DNA of 62,471 nucleotides, the filler included. It is 7 parts of 7 records of this genome, joined end to end, with 100 filler letters (N's around TTAATTAATTAA, not from the genome) between each part and the next. Parts side by side here need not be neighbours in the genome. Positions count along the whole stretch, not along the records: positions 38,068 to 62,471 come from SRR20825010_2789; 6 more parts are not named here. One strand, 5' to 3'. Under the pieces are notes generated by a model that worked only from the letters and a program-made list of their open reading frames with translations, searched no databases and had not been told where the DNA came from. Positions 60,101 to 62,471 of the stretch are shown here, one piece after another (the first letter of the stretch is position 1; the number at the start of each line of letters is the position of its first letter). The translations under genes were made by a program, and so were the position numbers.

Positions 60101-60133
60101 AAGGAAATAAGATAAGCGCTGTTTCAAAGTCAT
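57119..60133 (-). CDS. VPS10/BNR-repeat beta-propeller protein (putative glycosyl hydrolase)
   Basis: Signal peptide; RTIGPARGGRV; many SxDGGxTW Asp-boxes; C-terminal coiled coil. Confidence 0.85.
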   Translation of the reverse strand: MTLKQRLSYFLFTFLLSCATFAQDFEALEYRTIGPARGGRVTTVTGTAMLPGTFYFGATGAGVWKTEDYGTSWHNISDGFFKTPSIGAIEVAANDPNIIYVGTGSDGIRSNIIEGKGMYKSIDAGKTWEHIGLENAGQIGAVEIDPTNSNIVWVAAIGNAFKSNKERGIFKTTDGGETWEKVLFVSEETGFADLELLPGNPNVVYAAAWKARRTPWTIDSGGENSEGGIYKSVNGGKNWEKLEEGLPTGLIGKIDLAVSPSDSRILYAVVEAPNEDTGLYKSVDQGKSFEHVSDDERLVNRPFYYTNIELDPTNPDIVYSNANPLIKSTDGGKSWRRMSVPHGDNHDIWLNPDNPDLLVQCNDGGANISHNGGKTWSTQYNQPTAEIYQVAVDDQYPYWVYGAQQDNTTIAIPSMAPTATSPANGSIMMDVGGCETGPVIPMPGNHYIVYNNCKGRFSVYSKKTGQSREYSIGASNIYGHNPKDLKYRFQRVAPIHVSPFDPEVVYMGSQFLHKTNDGGKNWEIISPDLTENDPDKQVISGNPITRDITGEEYYSTLYSIRESKISKGVIWTGSNDGVISVTKDGGSTWKNVTPKKLPKGGRVESVEPSQFDPATAYIAVDRHLLGDTTPYFYKTDNYGESWELISTESNGIPSDHTARVLREDPLRKGLLYAGTEYGMFVSFDDGGSWKKFQQNLPVTPITDIILFRGDLILSTMGRGFWILDKVTTLTDENITQLGETPVLFKPDDTYRYQTPWGGGDFPQYPSTSVIIDYYLPSDIEEGISLQILDAQGKEVSTIVSDSTKLKAATELVEDMSLSMTFVYMNEKLEAKKGLNRFEWNMQQKGAWDQNKRRRFGNGPMVLPGTYTAKLTVGEQSLEKSFEVLMDPKLEEDGISLANMKEQQELQFKVIDLLSETRKFQDKVEKKIKELEKSNASEAQLQPYKDVLKELKNDEGAYPEVVMVAQISYLYYILSSADKEPGQEEKDRYQELLAQFNELKGKVNL

Positions 60134-60265
60134 GAGTTAGTTAGAAGTTGGTTTGTTTCCAAATCTACTAAATACCTAGCCAATCTAAAATGGTATGATA
60201 GAGGAATTACAGGCTTTATTATTTAAAACAATGTTATTTACGAATTCTACAAACTAAACTGGTCG

Positions 60266-60697
60266 TTAATCCATCCTTTCATATTTGTAGCTGCATCCTT
60301 CTATGCAGATAACACTGGTTGGGGATAAAAGAAAGTGGTCATTTTCAAATTCGATATGGAAGGTAATCAAGCCTTCTTCGTTTTCGGCTACCAGCTCCGT
60401 ATCTCCACAATCATAATCCAGTACCAGAGTTTCACCATCAAGGATATACCCTTCTTCTTTACATTCTGGGTAATTGGTCGAAGTGAAACTACCATCAGAA
60501 AGGAATTCAATTTCTTCACCATCTTCCACATCTACCCAGTATTGTGGTCCGCCCGAACTAATGTATGCCGCGGTCAATTTCCATTTTCCTAAAATGGAAG
60601 TATCTGTTGGGTTTGGAGTACCATTATTATCGTTGTTACATGCCGAAAATTGACTCAATAATACAATTACGACCAAACTCGAGATTAACTTTTCCAT
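60266..60697 (-). CDS. Lipocalin-like lipoprotein
   Basis: Lipobox FSAC; ILGKWKL; CIEGC near the C-terminus. Confidence 0.7.
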   Translation of the reverse strand: MEKLISSLVVIVLLSQFSACNNDNNGTPNPTDTSILGKWKLTAAYISSGGPQYWVDVEDGEEIEFLSDGSFTSTNYPECKEEGYILDGETLVLDYDCGDTELVAENEEGLITFHIEFENDHFLLSPTSVICIEGCSYKYERMD

Positions 60698-60753
60698 AGG
60701 TTCCTTTTTGTCTAAAGATGAGGATTTGTCAATTAGTTGCGTCATCCAAGCCT

Positions 60754-61791
60754 CTACTCCAAGTCTTTAAAGATCCTTGATTCAGTAGTCCCCTTTCGAA
60801 AAATATGGTGCTGCGTAGCAGTAAAATAGTCCCTAAAAATCTGATTCAGTAGGTGACCTTCTGTACTGGCCAAAATTCCCAAACTTGGGTAGACCATCAA
60901 AATACTTTGAGAAATCAATTGTACCGATTTAGATGCTTCATGATGAACTCGATTTATGAACTTTTCGGTAAACCCGCGGCCTTGTTCAATACCTTCTTCA
61001 ATTTCTTTGGCATAGTCTATCAACAAGGTATCCGCCCTTTTTAGATTTGAAACGAGTGGGACGGTATATTCTTCAGACGCGCTTACATTTCTGGCTTCTT
61101 CCAGAAAATGCTCTGCCATTCCAACATAATTGACCCACAAAGTAAGATCGGCAAACAACGAAAAATGGATCTTAAAAATCGGATGTGGCTGATGCACTTG
61201 GTTATAGACAAAACTATATTTTTCATGAACCCATTTACTTTCCACTTTAAATGATTCCGTTGCGGTTGCCTTTAAACCCATAGTTTCCCAATCCCGTATA
61301 ATTTCTACTTGACTTTTTTCCAATACAAAGGAGCGCACCATGGGCGTACCGTTCTCTTGAAGAATATCATTGCCATTCTCCTGAATTTTTGCGTTTAATG
61401 TGAAATGGGTAAGGTAGGGAGCACCCGTTGCGTATTTCCATGTTCCGGAAATAATATATCCTTCGGAATCCCTTTCTGCTGTTCCAAAGACGCCGCCGCT
61501 TCCCCCAAAACAAACAGGTTTTGCGGCATCGAGAAAAATATCGTCGGCTACCTCCTTTTTTAGATTCCCTATAAAAAAATTGGCTCCGCTGCACAGGGTA
61601 ACCGTCCAGCCAAGGCTACCATCTGTTTTAGCGAGCAATCGAAGTTTTTTCAGACCTTCGGAGAACGACATTTCCAGTCCCCCATACTTTTTGGGCACCC
61701 AAAGATTCCAAAGGTTTTCTTTGGCTATCCACTCCAACACTTCTTGGCTAAAAATCGGTTTTTTAAAATCCAACGCATCAAGCTCCTGCAT
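60754..61791 (-). CDS. Acyl-CoA-dehydrogenase-fold flavoprotein, likely HsaA-like hydroxylase
   Basis: VPKKYGG, DGSLGW, GTWKYATG, WETMGLKATAT, IFRDYFTATQH; starts inside the pnuC 3' end. Confidence 0.8.
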   Translation of the reverse strand: MQELDALDFKKPIFSQEVLEWIAKENLWNLWVPKKYGGLEMSFSEGLKKLRLLAKTDGSLGWTVTLCSGANFFIGNLKKEVADDIFLDAAKPVCFGGSGGVFGTAERDSEGYIISGTWKYATGAPYLTHFTLNAKIQENGNDILQENGTPMVRSFVLEKSQVEIIRDWETMGLKATATESFKVESKWVHEKYSFVYNQVHQPHPIFKIHFSLFADLTLWVNYVGMAEHFLEEARNVSASEEYTVPLVSNLKRADTLLIDYAKEIEEGIEQGRGFTEKFINRVHHEASKSVQLISQSILMVYPSLGILASTEGHLLNQIFRDYFTATQHHIFRKGTTESRIFKDLE

Positions 61792-62377
61792 AGGTCTCGC
61801 TGTTTTTCTTATCAATGATTTTTTTCCATTTGATGTATCCCGAAATTGCAACGGTGAACAAGAAAGCGGTCAGCCCTGCGTAGATATACAACTCCTTGTA
61901 AATCAATAATGGGATGGAAATAAGGTTACTGATGTTCAAATAGACCCAGTTCTCAATCTTCCGTTTGGCCATCAACCACATACCGGCCCATGCAAAAGCG
62001 CAGACCACGGCATCCCAATACGGCACATCGGAATCTGTATGTTGCCCTAGCCAATAAGCCATCAAAATAAAACAGCCCAGTACAATGCCCCCAGCTATGC
62101 CATGCTCCTTTTTGGTGGAATAAGAGATGGGGGCTTCTTGTTTTTGCTTGCCCATCTTCCAATAAAACCAGCCGTAAATGCTCATGACCAGATAATACAT
62201 ATTGAGCAAGATATCGGCATATAATTGGGATTGATAGAGCACCCAAATACTAATCAAAATCGCGATAATGCCGAAAAGATAGTTGTGGATATTGTTCTGT
62301 CTGGCCAATAACACCTGAACCACCCCAAAAAGGGTTCCGATCCATTGTAACACCACGAGTTGAGAAAAGTATTCCAT
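61778..62377 (-). CDS. pnuC: PnuC-family vitamin transporter, probably thiamine-specific (PnuT-like)
   Basis: Multi-TM; LYAD, YGWFYW, PYWD, WLMAKRKIENW; TPP riboswitch upstream. Confidence 0.88.
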   Translation of the reverse strand: MEYFSQLVVLQWIGTLFGVVQVLLARQNNIHNYLFGIIAILISIWVLYQSQLYADILLNMYYLVMSIYGWFYWKMGKQKQEAPISYSTKKEHGIAGGIVLGCFILMAYWLGQHTDSDVPYWDAVVCAFAWAGMWLMAKRKIENWVYLNISNLISIPLLIYKELYIYAGLTAFLFTVAISGYIKWKKIIDKKNSETYAGA

Positions 62378-62443
62378 TCTTTTAAGTAACCTATATTTAA
62401 AATCATGGGTACCCAAATTGGAATACGGGCAAACTTGCCTAAA

Positions 62444-62471
62444 TCCCTACGCCAGCATTACCTGGATCAGG
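62444..62471 (-). promoter_or_regulatory. TPP riboswitch, 3' half (5' half outside window)
   Basis: Minus strand CCTGATCCAGGTAATGCTGGCGTAGGGA fits the THI-element P4/P5 consensus CCTGAT..G.TAAT.C..GCG.AGGGA. Confidence 0.88.

Noticed and set aside
38068-62471. Low-GC block as a horizontally acquired island
   Set aside because: The shift coincides with a linker and gene content is typical of Flavobacteriaceae; it is a different genome.

Overview
The window is an artificial concatenation of seven unrelated contigs joined by 100-nt N/TTAATTAATTAA linkers, so adjacency across linkers means nothing. (1) 1-5911, Rhodobacteraceae-like: DUF1127 gene with a cuckoo/CcsR-type sRNA array, mrp/apbC, holB, tmk, a D-Ala-D-Ala carboxypeptidase and part of a hybrid kinase. 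(2) 6012-10275: thiamine operon thiS-G-E-F, ThiY-like binding protein, tenA, ABC ATPase. (3) 10376-15896, alphaproteobacterial: CDF exporter, Usp, CYTH-CHAD, a TetR/GFA-like module. (4) 15997-19277: sugar ABC transporter. (5) 19378-30560, Rhizobiales-like: soxEF, modE-ABC, plcP-btaA-btaB, phnF and phnGHIJ. (6) 30661-37967: lambdoid alphaproteobacterial prophage segment from a CII-like gene to the terminase, with a candidate origin, late promoter/terminator, lambda-like cos site and a highly structured RNA region. (7) 38068-62471, Flavobacteriaceae-like: beta-1,2-glucan-type PUL, alkB-like/WYL/DinB locus, VPS10-type propeller protein and a TPP-riboswitch pnuC-flavin oxygenase operon. Best leads: (a) two mirror-image promoters TGACA-N6-TGTCA-N11-TAATTTTG in the WYL-DinB intergenic region; (b) a prophage RNA module with a cuckoo-like anti-SD hairpin, swapped complementary blocks and a 23-aa membrane peptide; (c) a putative TPP-regulated flavin oxygenase coupled to a PnuC-family transporter. 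All calls come from reading the sequence and ORF translations; no database searches were run.
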